This document shows positions 51,641-64,000 of a stretch of DNA of 64,000 nt, piece after piece. The position numbers were made by a program, and so were the translations under genes. Positions within the stretch are counted from its first letter, which is position 1. Every line of letters starts with the position of its first letter. Below the pieces are notes generated by a model that was not told where the DNA came from, searched no databases, and saw only the letters and a program-made list of their open reading frames with translations. Origin of the DNA: an uncultured Gemmatimonadales bacterium. GTDB lineage: Bacteria > Gemmatimonadota > Gemmatimonadetes > Gemmatimonadales > GWC2-71-9. The stretch lies in NCBI GenBank assembly GCA_963795085.1, contig CAWCFX010000001.1, forward strand, positions 896,001-960,000, given 5' to 3'.

Positions 51641-52954
51641 GTGAAGGTCGCCATCGTCGGCAGCGGGTACGTGGGGCTGGTCGCCGGGGCCTGCCTGGCG
51701 GAGACCGGCAACGACGTGATCTGCGCCGACGTGGACCAGGCCAAGATCGACCGGCTCCGGAACAACGATGTCCCCATTTACGAGCCGGGCCTGGAGCCCC
51801 TGATCGAGCGGAACCAGGCCGAGGGGCGGTTGTCCTTCAGCACCGACGTGGGCGCGGCGGTGGAGCGGTCCCGGGTAGTGTTTATCGCGGTGGGCACCCC
51901 GTCGGGCGAAGACGGGTCGGCCGACCTCAAGCACGTGCTCGCGGTGGCCCGGACCATCGGGCAGCACATGAACGACTCCAAGGTGGTGATCACCAAGTCC
52001 ACCGTCCCGGTGGGCACCGCCGAAAAGGTGCGGGCGGCGATCCGGGCCGAAACCGACGTCCCGTTCCATGTCTGCAGCAACCCCGAGTTTCTCAAGGAAG
52101 GCGATGCCATCGACGATTTCATGAAACCGGACCGGGTGGTGGTCGGGGTCGATTCGCTCGAAGCGCGGGAAGTACTGGAGCAGCTGTACGCGCCGTTCAT
52201 CCGGACCGGCAATCCAATCCTCTTCATGGATATCGCGTCGGCGGAGGTGACCAAGTATGCGGCCAACGCGATGCTGGCGACGCGGATCTCGTTCATGAAC
52301 CAGGTCGCCGGTTTCTGCGAGCGGGTGGGCGCCGACGTGCAGGCGGTGCGGAAGGGCATCGGGACCGACCGCCGGATTGGCCCGGCCTTTCTCTTTCCGG
52401 GCCCCGGCTACGGCGGCAGCTGCTTTCCCAAGGACGTGAAGGCCCTGGTGCAAACCGCCCGGGAGCTGGGCATGGAGTTCGAGCTGCTGGAGGCGGTAGA
52501 GTCGGTCAACGCACGGCAGAAGCTGGTGCTGCTGGAGAAAGTGTACGAGAACCTGGGCCGCGACCTCTCCGGCCGGACCGTCGGGGTCTGGGGCCTGGCG
52601 TTCAAGGCGGAGACCGACGACATGCGGGAAAGCCCCTCGATTCCCCTGGTCCGCGGCCTGGTGGCGGCGGGGGCCCGGGTCCGGGCCCACGATCCCAAGG
52701 CGATGGACTCGGCCCGCGCCATCTTCGGCCGGCTGGACGGACTGACCTACGCCACCGATCCCTATGCCGCGGCCGACGGGGCCGACGCGCTGGTGGTGGT
52801 GACCGAGTGGCTGGTGTACCGCAACCCGGATTTTCAGCGGCTTCGGCAAACGCTGAAACGCCCGCTCCTGATTGACGGCCGCAACCTGTTCGACCCCGAG
52901 CGGCTCGGTGCCGACGGCTTCGAATACCACAGCATCGGAAGACGCCGACCATGA
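51641..52954 (+). CDS. ugd: UDP-glucose 6-dehydrogenase
   Basis: [16 protein letters not shown] and [10 protein letters not shown] motifs. Confidence 0.93.
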   Translation: MKVAIVGSGYVGLVAGACLAETGNDVICADVDQAKIDRLRNNDVPIYEPGLEPLIERNQAEGRLSFSTDVGAAVERSRVVFIAVGTPSGEDGSADLKHVLAVARTIGQHMNDSKVVITKSTVPVGTAEKVRAAIRAETDVPFHVCSNPEFLKEGDAIDDFMKPDRVVVGVDSLEAREVLEQLYAPFIRTGNPILFMDIASAEVTKYAANAMLATRISFMNQVAGFCERVGADVQAVRKGIGTDRRIGPAFLFPGPGYGGSCFPKDVKALVQTARELGMEFELLEAVESVNARQKLVLLEKVYENLGRDLSGRTVGVWGLAFKAETDDMRESPSIPLVRGLVAAGARVRAHDPKAMDSARAIFGRLDGLTYATDPYAAADGADALVVVTEWLVYRNPDFQRLRQTLKRPLLIDGRNLFDPERLGADGFEYHSIGRRRP

Positions 52955-53886
52955 GAATTCTCATCACCGGCGCCGCCGGTTTCCTGGGTTCCCACCTGGC
53001 GGACCGGTTCCTGGCTGACGGCCACGACGTGGTCGGGGTGGACAACCTGGTGACCGGGTCCACCGACAACATCGCCCACCTGGCCGGGAATTCCCGGTTC
53101 CATTTCATTCAGCACGACGTCACCAACTTCATTTTCGTGGAGGGCGAGCTCCACGGCGTACTCCACTTCGCGTCGCCGGCCAGCCCGGTGGATTACCTGG
53201 AGCTGCCGATCCAGACGCTCAAGGTGGGGTCGCTGGGCTCCCACAAGGCGCTGGGGCTGGCCAAGGCGAAAGGCGCCCGTTTCCTGCTGGCGTCCACCTC
53301 CGAAGTGTACGGCGACCCCCAGGTGCATCCCCAGCCGGAGAGCTACTGGGGCCACGTGAACCCGGTGGGCCCCCGCGGCGTGTACGACGAGGCCAAGCGG
53401 TTCGCCGAGGCGATGACCATGGCCTACCACCGCACCCACGGCGTGGACACCCGGATCGTGCGGATCTTCAACACCTACGGCCCCCGGATGCGGGCCCGCG
53501 ACGGCCGGGTCGTTTCGAACTTCGTGGTCCAGTCGCTTCGGGGCGAGCCGCTCACGATCTACGGCGACGGCTCCCAGACCCGCTCGTTCTGCTATGTCTC
53601 CGACCTGGTGGACGGCATCGTGCGGCTGTTCCACAGCAACTCGAACGAGCCGACCAATATCGGCAACCCCAACGAGTTTACGGTACTCCAGCTGGCGGAG
53701 AAGACCATCGCGCTGACCGGCTCCCGGTCGGTCATCGAGCGCCACCCGCTGCCGACCGACGACCCCAAGGTGCGCCGGCCCGACATCAGCCTGGCGCGCA
53801 AGACGCTGGGCTGGGAGCCCTCGGTGCAGCTGGACGAGGGACTCCGCAGAACCATCGAGTACTTCAAGGGACGCCTGACGACATGA
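52951..53886 (+). CDS. UDP-glucuronate decarboxylase (UDP-xylose synthase) family
   Basis: [21 protein letters not shown] and [10 protein letters not shown] motifs. Confidence 0.9.
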   Translation: MRILITGAAGFLGSHLADRFLADGHDVVGVDNLVTGSTDNIAHLAGNSRFHFIQHDVTNFIFVEGELHGVLHFASPASPVDYLELPIQTLKVGSLGSHKALGLAKAKGARFLLASTSEVYGDPQVHPQPESYWGHVNPVGPRGVYDEAKRFAEAMTMAYHRTHGVDTRIVRIFNTYGPRMRARDGRVVSNFVVQSLRGEPLTIYGDGSQTRSFCYVSDLVDGIVRLFHSNSNEPTNIGNPNEFTVLQLAEKTIALTGSRSVIERHPLPTDDPKVRRPDISLARKTLGWEPSVQLDEGLRRTIEYFKGRLTT

Positions 53887-54851
53887 CTCACGTGCTGGTC
53901 ACCGGTGCCGCCGGGTTCATCGGATCGCATCTCGCGGAAGCACTCACGGCACGGGGCGACACGGTGGTCGGGATCGATAACTTCGACCCCTTCTACCCTC
54001 GCGGTGAAAAAGAACGCAACCTCCGGAAAGTCCGGGAACATCCTTCCTTCAGTTTTCAGCTGCTCAACATCCTTGATGCCGATGGGATCGCCCGGCTGCT
54101 GACCCGGGACTCGGTGATCGTGCACCTGGCCGCCCGGCCCGGGGTGCGGCCCTCGCTGGCCGATCCGGCCGGGTATTCCCGGGTCAACGTGGAGGGAACC
54201 GCCTCCGTGCTCCGGGCCGCGCGGGACACCGGGGTGTCGCGGATCGTCTTCGGATCCTCCTCGTCGGTCTATGGCGACGACACGCCGGCGCCCTTCCGGG
54301 AAGACGCGACCGCGCTCAAGCCGCTTTCGCCCTACGCCGCCACCAAGCGGAGCGGCGAGCTGCTGCTGGAGTCCATGGCGCCGATCTATGGCTTTCGGGC
54401 GGCCGCGCTGCGATTTTTCACGGTGTACGGTCCCCGGCAGCGGCCCGACCTCGCGATCCACGCCTTTGCGCGGCGGATCCGGGCCGGCGAGACCATCACC
54501 CTCTTCGGGGACGGCTCCCAGTCCCGGGACTACACCTATTGCGACGATATCGTTGCCGGGATCATCGCCTCGGTGGACTGGACCGCCGAGGCCCCGGTGG
54601 GTCTCGAGATCTTCAACCTCGGCGGCAACGAGCCGGTGCCGCTCCGCACCATGGTCCAGATGCTGGGCCAGGCCCTGGGCACCGAGCCCAGGGTGAAGTG
54701 GGCGCCCATGCAACCGGGCGATGTGCAGCATACCTACGCCGACCTGACCAAGTCGGGCACCCTGCTGGGTTATCATCCCCGGACGACCTTCGCCGAAGGT
54801 CTCCGCCGGTTCGCCCTGTGGCTGGAGGATCCCGATGAGAGTCAGCGCTGA
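53883..54851 (+). CDS. NAD-dependent epimerase (UDP-glucuronate 4-epimerase-like)
   Basis: [21 protein letters not shown] and QPGDV motifs. Confidence 0.87.
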   Translation: MTHVLVTGAAGFIGSHLAEALTARGDTVVGIDNFDPFYPRGEKERNLRKVREHPSFSFQLLNILDADGIARLLTRDSVIVHLAARPGVRPSLADPAGYSRVNVEGTASVLRAARDTGVSRIVFGSSSSVYGDDTPAPFREDATALKPLSPYAATKRSGELLLESMAPIYGFRAAALRFFTVYGPRQRPDLAIHAFARRIRAGETITLFGDGSQSRDYTYCDDIVAGIIASVDWTAEAPVGLEIFNLGGNEPVPLRTMVQMLGQALGTEPRVKWAPMQPGDVQHTYADLTKSGTLLGYHPRTTFAEGLRRFALWLEDPDESQR

Positions 54852-55539
54852 CCACCAGATCAACCGGGCCCGGGAGCGGTTCGCGCTCCACGACTACTAC
54901 GGCGCGATCCACCTGCTGGAGGAGCTTGCCACCTCGGGGCGGGTGTTCGCCGATGTCCTGCACCTGCTGGGCCTGAGCTACTCCCTGGTGGGGCAGGGGG
55001 ACAAGGCGCTGGAGTTCTTTGACCGCGCGCTCGCGCTCAATCCGCGATACTTCGAGGCCCACGTACACCGGGGCATTGTGCTCAACGAGATGGGGCGCCG
55101 GGGCGAGGCGGAAGCGTCGTTCAAGCACGCCTCCACGGCGAACCCCGAGGCGGTGGACGGCCTGCCCTGGAACGTCGCCGCGCAGCTGGCCAACCAGCAT
55201 GCCGAACTGGGCCAGATGTACGCCCAGGCCGGCGCGCTCAATGACGCCATCCGGGAATACCAGCGCGCCATCACCCTGGGGCCGACCTTCGCGGATCTCC
55301 GGTACCGGCTCGCCCGGCTGATGCTGGAAACCGGGCGCACCCTGGAGGCCCGGGATGAACTGGAGCGGGTGGTGCGCGAGCGTCCCCACTTCCTCGATGC
55401 CCAGGCCGCCCTGGGACTGGCCCGCTATCTCTCGGGCGATGCTCCCGGTGCGGAAGCGATCTGGACCGAGTGCCTCAACATCCGGCCGGAGAATCCCCGC
55501 GTCGAGGCGTACCTGTCGATGATGGAACGGAGCGGGTGA
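54835..55539 (+). CDS. TPR protein
   Basis: Repeated TPR consensus segments (e.g. FDRALALNPRY, YQRAITLGP). Confidence 0.85.
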   Translation: MRVSADHQINRARERFALHDYYGAIHLLEELATSGRVFADVLHLLGLSYSLVGQGDKALEFFDRALALNPRYFEAHVHRGIVLNEMGRRGEAEASFKHASTANPEAVDGLPWNVAAQLANQHAELGQMYAQAGALNDAIREYQRAITLGPTFADLRYRLARLMLETGRTLEARDELERVVRERPHFLDAQAALGLARYLSGDAPGAEAIWTECLNIRPENPRVEAYLSMMERSG

Positions 55540-55542
55540 GCA

Positions 55543-55684
55543 AAGTGCAGAGTGCAGAGTGCAGAGTGCAGGGTGCAGCGCACAGCGTGGAAAGGGTGAC
55601 CGGTCGGTGACTTGGATGAATCGTGGTGCCGGGATCGGCCGGAGGCGCTTCCCCGCCGCACTGTGCACTCTGTGCTCGGCACTT
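55543..55684. repeat. GAGTGCA heptamer tandem with inverted copies lying inside the next gene
   Basis: Six units at 55543-55584; CGCACTG TGCACTC TGTGCTC GGCACTT at 55657-55684. Confidence 0.8.
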
Positions 55685-56551
55685 CTCCTCGGCTGCCCTT
55701 CCGCGGCCGCCGACCACGCCAGGCTGGGCGACCAGGCGGTGAGCGAGGGCGACTATGTTGTGGCGGTGGCGGAGTACCGGGCCGGAGTCCAGGCGTCGCC
55801 CCGGCCGGAGTTGCTGGCCAAACTGGGTAATGCGGCGATCCGGCTCAAGAACTACCGGGAGGCGGCTGAAGCGTACCGGAGGCTGGGCGAGACCGATCCC
55901 TCCCGGGTCGGCGAGGCGGCGACCGGGCTGGAGCGGGTGGCGCGGGGGGCGGCCGAGGCTGGCGACCACCTGGCCGGCCGGGAAGCGCTGCTCGGGCTTC
56001 GCGCCATCGCGCCGGACCGTCCCTCGGGCCGGCTCGCGGTAAGCCTGGCCTTGAGCGGCCGGCTCGGCGCCGGGGAAGCGCTGCCGCTGCTGCCCTACGC
56101 GCTGGCGGGGGCCCAGAGCGATGCGACGGTGGATTCGCTGCTCAAGCTGTACGGCCAGGCTCTCCGGGAAACCACCGCGTGTGAAGACGCCGTACGGATC
56201 TACCAGACGCTGGTGCGCCGGAGCGGATCCGCGGCCGGCGCCGAGGGACTGGCCGAGTGCGCGGTCCAGCTGGGGATGGACGCCGAAGCGCTCAACCAGC
56301 CGGAGATCGCGGAGCGCTGGTACCGGGATGCGCTGGCCGCCGACTCGCTGTCGGAACTGGGGCGGCGCGCCCTGTTCGGCCTGGCCCAGACGCGGCTCGG
56401 CCAGGGTGATACGCTGCAGGCCGCCCGGGCCTTTCGGACCGTCGTGGACCGGTGGGGCACCGCCGATTCGCTGGGACAGTCCGCGAGTCAGCGGCTCAAC
56501 GCGCTGTCCGGCGGTCTGCCGCCGGCGGGCGATTCCACCATGAACCGGTAA
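55616..56551 (+). CDS. TPR-like lipoprotein
   Basis: LLLG-C lipobox; helical TPR-like repeats; start uncertain. Confidence 0.72.
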   Translation: MNRGAGIGRRRFPAALCTLCSALLLGCPSAAADHARLGDQAVSEGDYVVAVAEYRAGVQASPRPELLAKLGNAAIRLKNYREAAEAYRRLGETDPSRVGEAATGLERVARGAAEAGDHLAGREALLGLRAIAPDRPSGRLAVSLALSGRLGAGEALPLLPYALAGAQSDATVDSLLKLYGQALRETTACEDAVRIYQTLVRRSGSAAGAEGLAECAVQLGMDAEALNQPEIAERWYRDALAADSLSELGRRALFGLAQTRLGQGDTLQAARAFRTVVDRWGTADSLGQSASQRLNALSGGLPPAGDSTMNR

Positions 56552-56555
56552 TGTG

Positions 56556-57338
56556 ATGATGCGCAGGATTGTCGTAGTGCTGAGCCTGGCCCTCGGGGCC
56601 TGCGGCGGCGGGTCGGGGCCGGCGGCCGCGCCCGCCCCGGTGCAGTCGGCGTCGCCAGCGATGGTGGACTCGCTGTACAACGAGGCCATTACCCTGTTTC
56701 GCCACGGGAAGTGGGCCAAGGCCGGGACCCTCTTCGAGCGGATGCTGCTGGAAGCGCCCCCCGCCGACCCCCGGATGGTCCCGGCGCATTTCTACCTGGC
56801 GGAGACATTTTTTGCCGGCGGCGACCAGCTGCGGGCCGCCCGGGAATTTCGCTGGGTCTCCGATGAGCGGCCCACCGATTCGCTGGCTCCCGAAGCCCTG
56901 ATGCGGGCCGGCGATGCCTACGCCGACCTGTGGCGGAAGCCGGAACTGGATCCGACCTACGGGCAGCAGGCCCTGGCGACCTACCAGGAAGTGCTTAGCC
57001 GGTTTCCCGCTTCGCGCATTATCCCGCGGGCCCGGGAGCGGGTCCAGTTCCTGGAGAACAAGTTCGCCGAGAAGAGCTTCAAGGCGGCCCTTTTTTATGT
57101 CCGCCTCAAGGCGTACGACTCCGCGATCCTCTACCTGCGGGATCTGCTGGCGACCTATCCCCGCGCCACGGTTGCTCCCCTGGCCCTGGTGCGGCTGGTC
57201 GAAGCCTACCGCGCCATCGGATACGCCGAGGAGGTGACCGAGACCTGTGGCTACTTCCGCACCAACCATCCCCGCGCGGCCGACCTGGACCGGGTGTGCC
57301 CGGCGGGGCCGGCGACGATCGAGCCGCCGGGAGCGTGA
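56556..57338 (+). CDS. bamD: Outer membrane protein assembly factor BamD
   Basis: LGA-C lipobox; TPRs; D..Y...A...Y....RFP.S and AEK.F..A.FY....Y.SA pattern. Confidence 0.82.
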   Translation: MMRRIVVVLSLALGACGGGSGPAAAPAPVQSASPAMVDSLYNEAITLFRHGKWAKAGTLFERMLLEAPPADPRMVPAHFYLAETFFAGGDQLRAAREFRWVSDERPTDSLAPEALMRAGDAYADLWRKPELDPTYGQQALATYQEVLSRFPASRIIPRARERVQFLENKFAEKSFKAALFYVRLKAYDSAILYLRDLLATYPRATVAPLALVRLVEAYRAIGYAEEVTETCGYFRTNHPRAADLDRVCPAGPATIEPPGA

Positions 57339-57895
57339 TCGGTCTCCTCGGCGGTTCCTTCGACCCGGTCCATCACGGGCATCTCATCACCGCGCTCTCC
57401 CTCCTGGAACAGCTTCACCTTTCCGAAATCCGCCTGGTGGTTGCCCGGGAGCAGCCCCTCAAGCAGGGCCACCTTGCCAGTGCGGTACACCGGGCCCGGA
57501 TGGTGGAGCTGGCGGTGGCGGGTGAGCCCGCCCTGGGGGTCGAGAACCTGGAGCTGGAGCGGGAAGGCCCCAGTTACACGGTCGACACCCTCCGCGCCCT
57601 TCACCTCCGCGAGCCGGGCACCCCGTGGGTGTTGCTGCTCGGTTCTGACGCGGCGCGCGATCTGGACCGCTGGAAGGAGGCGGAGGAGGTTGCCCGGCTG
57701 GCCCGGATCGTGGTGTTCGGCCGGGCCGGCGAGGCGGCCCCCGCCACCCCGCTCGTCGCCGCCACCGTTACCGTCCCCGCCATCGAAATCTCGGCCACCG
57801 GCATCCGGGAGCGGGTCCGGCGGGGTCTTTCCGTGGAATACCTGGTGCCCTCGGGGGTAGCGGCGTATATCCGGGAAAACAGGCTATATTTGTAG
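57335..57895 (+). CDS. nadD: Nicotinate-nucleotide adenylyltransferase
   Basis: GGSFDPVHHGH, SYTVDTL, GSD..W and ISAT motifs. Confidence 0.95.
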   Translation: MIGLLGGSFDPVHHGHLITALSLLEQLHLSEIRLVVAREQPLKQGHLASAVHRARMVELAVAGEPALGVENLELEREGPSYTVDTLRALHLREPGTPWVLLLGSDAARDLDRWKEAEEVARLARIVVFGRAGEAAPATPLVAATVTVPAIEISATGIRERVRRGLSVEYLVPSGVAAYIRENRLYL

Positions 57896-57905
57896 CCGGA
57901 CTGCT

Positions 57906-57963
57906 TATCGCGTATCGCCTATCGCGGCCCCGGGTAAGGAGTTGCGATGCGTGATATGCGATC
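57906..57963. repeat. TATCGC(G/C) x3 plus three degenerate inverted heptamers
   Basis: 57906-57926 versus TGCGATG CGTGATA TGCGATC. Confidence 0.65.
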
Positions 57964-57989
57964 TGCTTTGTTGACCCCTCGCGAGGCTT

Positions 57990-61124
<3,135 letters not shown>

Positions 61125-61126
61125 CC

Positions 61127-61419
61127 CCGGGATTCGTCGCGCTGCCGGCCGCCGTCGCCGGCCGCTACTCCCTGGACCGGGAGCTGGGCCGCGGCGGCAG
61201 GGGCGTAGTGTTCCTGGCGCGCGACGTCGCGCTGGACCGGCTGGTCGCCATCAAGCTGCTCCCCCCGCGCTCGCCGCCCGCCCCGGGTTGCGGGCCCGGT
61301 TCCTCCGCGAAGCCCGCACCGCCGCCCGGCTTTCCCATCCCCATATCGTTCCCATTCGTGCCGTCGAAGAACACCAGGACCTGGTGTTCTTCGTCATGGG
61401 CTACGTGGACGGCGAAACG
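61127..61419 (+). pseudogene. Ser/Thr protein kinase N-lobe remnant (frameshifted, truncated)
   Basis: GRYSLDRELGRGGRG..VAIKLLP, then a frameshift in the C6 run at 61261-61266, then RFLREARTAARLSHPHIV..VMGYVDGET; no start codon and no HRD/DFG. Confidence 0.85.
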
Positions 61420-61465
61420 GCGGAGGCCGGCTTCAGCGGACCGGGCCGCTGGGCGGACCGGAATC

Positions 61466-62473
61466 TCACAGGTTCGGATTCGTCCGCCCCATCTTGGCCC
61501 GCCCGATCGTGTTGGCGTCGGTGCCAAACCAGATCTCGCCGGTGGGCGGATGGTAATACATGTGGCGCACGGTGCCGCCGCCGCTGGGCAGCACGGGGGT
61601 GATGCTGAAGAACTTTTCCGCCTGGGGGTCGAACCCCACCAGCAGGTTGGGCTGGACCCCGGTTTCGACCATCCAGATCCGGCCTCCGGCATCGGAGGCC
61701 ATGCCGTACGGCAGTGACCTCGCTCCCGACGGTGCAGCCCATTCGCGGACCGCTCCCGTGGCCGGGTCGAGGCGCCCGAGGTAGCCCCGGGTATAGTCGC
61801 CGTACCAGACCATGTCGTCCGGCGTGATCTGGATCCGGCGGTCCTGGGTGCGCTGGTGGGGCAGGGTGTATTCCCGGATCCGCATCGTGGCGGGGTCAAT
61901 CATGCCGATCTTGTTGGTGCCGAACTCGTTGAACCAGGGGCGGTTCTTCGAGTCGATCTTGATGCCGTAGGGCCGGGCCCGTTCGGTGGGCACCCGGATG
62001 AGCTGGATCCGGCCGGTGGCGACGGTCAGTTTGCCGACGTAGTTGCTCTGCTGGGCGGTGAACCAGATATTGCCGTCCCGGTCGAACTCCAGGGTATGGG
62101 GGTCCCGGACCGCGCTGTCGGGCATAGGGTAACGGGCAATGGCGCCGGTCGCGGGGTCCAGGCGACCGATCATCCCGTTTCGGTTGCCGGCATACCAGAC
62201 CTGGCCCCGTCCGTCCACGATCAGGTTGTGCGGGTGGGTCCCGGGGTCGATCTCGTAGCGCTTGAACCCGCCGGTGGCGGGATCGAGGTAGGCGACGTAG
62301 TTTCCCTGCTGACCCACGAACCAGACCTTGCCATCCGGTGCCACGTAGGGATCCCGCGGGCGGCTCCCTTCCCAGGGCACCTGCCATTCGGTGATTTGGG
62401 CGCGCTCTTCCTGGGCGGCGACCGCTCCGGGGATCAGCGCCGGGAACGCGGCGAGCAGGATCATTGCTTTCAT
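61466..62473 (-). CDS. Exported virginiamycin B lyase-like (Vgb) beta-propeller
   Basis: Repeated P..I..D..G.IWF....N.IG.LDP units; signal peptide. Confidence 0.85.
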   Translation of the reverse strand: MKAMILLAAFPALIPGAVAAQEERAQITEWQVPWEGSRPRDPYVAPDGKVWFVGQQGNYVAYLDPATGGFKRYEIDPGTHPHNLIVDGRGQVWYAGNRNGMIGRLDPATGAIARYPMPDSAVRDPHTLEFDRDGNIWFTAQQSNYVGKLTVATGRIQLIRVPTERARPYGIKIDSKNRPWFNEFGTNKIGMIDPATMRIREYTLPHQRTQDRRIQITPDDMVWYGDYTRGYLGRLDPATGAVREWAAPSGARSLPYGMASDAGGRIWMVETGVQPNLLVGFDPQAEKFFSITPVLPSGGGTVRHMYYHPPTGEIWFGTDANTIGRAKMGRTNPNL

Positions 62474-62590
62474 GAAAGGATCTCCCGATTGAAGAGGGCC
62501 ATCACCATACGGGTACCTCGGCGTCAGAGTGCCAGGCTCGACATGTCCGAATAATAGTCAGGTTTCCCTTCCCCTTGTCAGGAGCGTCTC

Positions 62591-62740
62591 ATGCTGCGCC
62601 TTCGACACCCCGTTCGATTCAGTTCCTGGGCCTTGCCACTGGTCATTGGTCTGCTGGTCTCGCTGGGCGCCTGCAAGGAAAGCACCAGTTCGAGTTGCCA
62701 GCCGGGAGACTCCTCGTATCCGGAGTGCCTGGAGGAATAG
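62591..62740 (+). CDS. Small lipoprotein, 49 aa (absent from the ORF track)
   Basis: AGGAG RBS; MLRLRHPVRFSSWALPLVIGLLVSLGA-CKESTSSSCQPGDSSYPECLEE*; terminator downstream. Confidence 0.7.
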   Translation: MLRLRHPVRFSSWALPLVIGLLVSLGACKESTSSSCQPGDSSYPECLEE

Positions 62741-62748
62741 CCGGCGAT

Positions 62749-62768
62749 CGGGTTCGATTCCCGCCGCC
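62749..62768 (+). other. tRNA/tmRNA-like T-arm and 3' fragment
   Basis: CGGG-TTCGATT-CCCG-CCGCC with no recognisable 5' half. Confidence 0.45.
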
Positions 62769-62771
62769 CGG

Positions 62772-62803
62772 AAAGCACGAACGCAGCCCCGTTCGTGCTT
62801 TTT
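62772..62803 (+). terminator. Intrinsic terminator
   Basis: AAAGCACGAACG-CAGCCC-CGTTCGTGCTTTTT. Confidence 0.88.
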
Positions 62804-62888
62804 CTCGCTCCGGCTCCAGGCAGGAATTCAGCGCCGCCCGCGATTTTCTGGTGCCTCTCCCGCGGAAGCTTTCACCTACCTTGGGCGG

Positions 62889-63569
62889 ATGCCACCGTTC
62901 GCATCCTGCCCCCCGGGGGACCGGCCCCGGGAACGTCTCTGGGCCCTCGGCTCCCAGGCCCTGACGGCCGGCGAACTCCTGGCGATCCTCCTCGGGACCG
63001 GGTCGGGCCGGCAATCGGCGCCGGAGGTCGCGGCGCACCTGCTCCACCTCTCCGACGGCTCCCTCCGCCGACTGGCCGCCCGGCCACCGGCCGAACTGAA
63101 GCAGTCTCCAGGGATTGGCCCGGCCAAGGCGGCCCGGCTCCTCGCCGCCTTTGAGCTCGCCAGCCGACTGAGCCAGGAGGCCCGTCCCCCGGTGCTGCGG
63201 ATCCGGGAACCGGAGGACGTAGTCCGGCTGTTTTCGGCCCGGCTCCGGGACCTCCAAGTCGAGGAATTTCATCTGGTTGCGCTGGACAGCCAGAGCCAGG
63301 TCTTGCGGGATATCCTGATTACGCGAGGTTTATTGAACAGCTCCCTGGTGCACCCCCGCGAAGTCTTCCGCGCTGCCATCGCCGAAGCCGCCGCAGGTAT
63401 TATTGTGGTACACAACCACCCGAGCGGGGACCCCACCCCCTCGGCGGAGGACCGGGCGGTGACCCGGCAGCTGGTCGAGGCGGGCCGGCTCCTCGACCTG
63501 CCGGTGTACGATCATGTGATCGTGGCCGGGGACCGGTTCGTGAGTTTTGCGTCAACGGGACTGCTGTGA
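62889..63569 (+). CDS. radC: RadC-family JAB-domain protein
   Basis: RPRERL, ELLAILLGTG, GIGPAKA, VHPREVF and HNHPSGDPTPSAED motifs. Confidence 0.95.
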   Translation: MPPFASCPPGDRPRERLWALGSQALTAGELLAILLGTGSGRQSAPEVAAHLLHLSDGSLRRLAARPPAELKQSPGIGPAKAARLLAAFELASRLSQEARPPVLRIREPEDVVRLFSARLRDLQVEEFHLVALDSQSQVLRDILITRGLLNSSLVHPREVFRAAIAEAAAGIIVVHNHPSGDPTPSAEDRAVTRQLVEAGRLLDLPVYDHVIVAGDRFVSFASTGLL

Positions 63570-63602
63570 TTTCCGATTGCCGATCGACGATCGCCGACTG
63601 GG
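63568..63602. repeat. GAT(T/C)GCC-like heptamer x5
   Basis: GATTTCC GATTGCC GATCGAC GATCGCC GACTGGG. Confidence 0.6.
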
Positions 63603-63716
63603 AGCTCGGGCCACCATGGATTTCAGCGCCGCCAGAATGCCACATGCCGTCGCTTCTGTGCCCGGGGTGCGGCCTGCTGCCCTCCGTTTGCCGCCCCCCG
63701 GGCGCCGGCTCCGCAA

Positions 63717-64000
63717 ATGACCGCTATCGCGACCGAACTCGCCGTCGCGGCACCCGAGCTTTCGGCAGTGCTGGACAAACTGGGCGACCGCCTGGACCGG
63801 GACCTCATCGAGCGGGCCTGGCGATTCAGCGCGCTCGCCCACCGGGGGCAGAAGCGGCTGTCGGGGGAGGATTTCATCTCCCACAGCGTCGCGGTGGCGA
63901 TGATCCTGGTGGACCAGCTGCTGGACTCCACGTCCATCGCCGCCGCCCTGCTGCACGACGTGGTCGAGGATTCCGACGTCCGCACCGAAGACATCGCCCG
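63717..64000 (+). CDS. RelA/SpoT (p)ppGpp synthetase/hydrolase, N-terminal HD domain (3'-truncated by the window edge)
   Basis: AHRGQKRLSGEDFISH..AAALLHDVVEDS. Confidence 0.9.
   Translation, partial: MTAIATELAVAAPELSAVLDKLGDRLDRDLIERAWRFSALAHRGQKRLSGEDFISHSVAVAMILVDQLLDSTSIAAALLHDVVEDSDVRTEDIA

Noticed and set aside
61466..62473. Vgb-like gene as a streptogramin resistance determinant
   Set aside because: Only the propeller family is supported; exported Vgb-like proteins are common and there is no evidence of antibiotic specificity.
62700..62771. Possible intact tRNA (e.g. tRNA-Sec)
   Set aside because: Only a T-arm is convincing; no proper acceptor stem, D-arm or UCA anticodon loop could be folded.
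62889..63569. radC as a marker of a mobile element
   Set aside because: It is the full-length chromosomal form with an N-terminal HhH region, next to relA/spoT.

Overview
High-GC, gene-dense bacterial chromosomal segment that is mostly housekeeping. Gene content and the Ser/Thr-kinase remnant suggest Gemmatimonadota, but this is an inference. In order: 3' part of a membrane pyrophosphatase; an APC permease; a probable peptidoglycan-sugar recycling cluster (BadF-type sugar kinase, SSS symporter, serine hydrolase, GH3 NagZ-like, DUF1343/NamZ-like) interrupted by an IscA-type gene; a CDP-alcohol phosphatidyltransferase plus ino1; a 2-oxoacid dehydrogenase operon with two E1-alpha genes; a redox-flavoured run (PHP, peroxiredoxin/SDR, Cys-rich unknown, trxB, MBL, Zn-finger microprotein); aspA/fumC-family and moeB; tRNA-Leu(CAG), smpB, an amidase and pyrD/pyrF; a stand-alone rpmJ-rpsM-rpsK-rpsD-rpoA-rplQ operon and rpmB; a nucleotide-sugar cluster interleaved with carB and murB; TPR genes, bamD, nadD and secA; a small accessory patch; radC; and the start of relA/spoT. 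The main finding is a peroxiredoxin with an in-frame UGA at the peroxidatic position (PxxxTxxU) followed by a SECIS-like hairpin, reading without a stop into an SDR. Also notable: head-to-head NagZ/NamZ genes whose start codons overlap, an unannotated 49-aa lipoprotein, a tRNA/tmRNA-like 3' remnant, and many intergenic 7-9-mer tandem repeats. No CRISPR array, rRNA, integrase or transposase was seen. All family assignments come from motifs recognised by eye, not from database searches.
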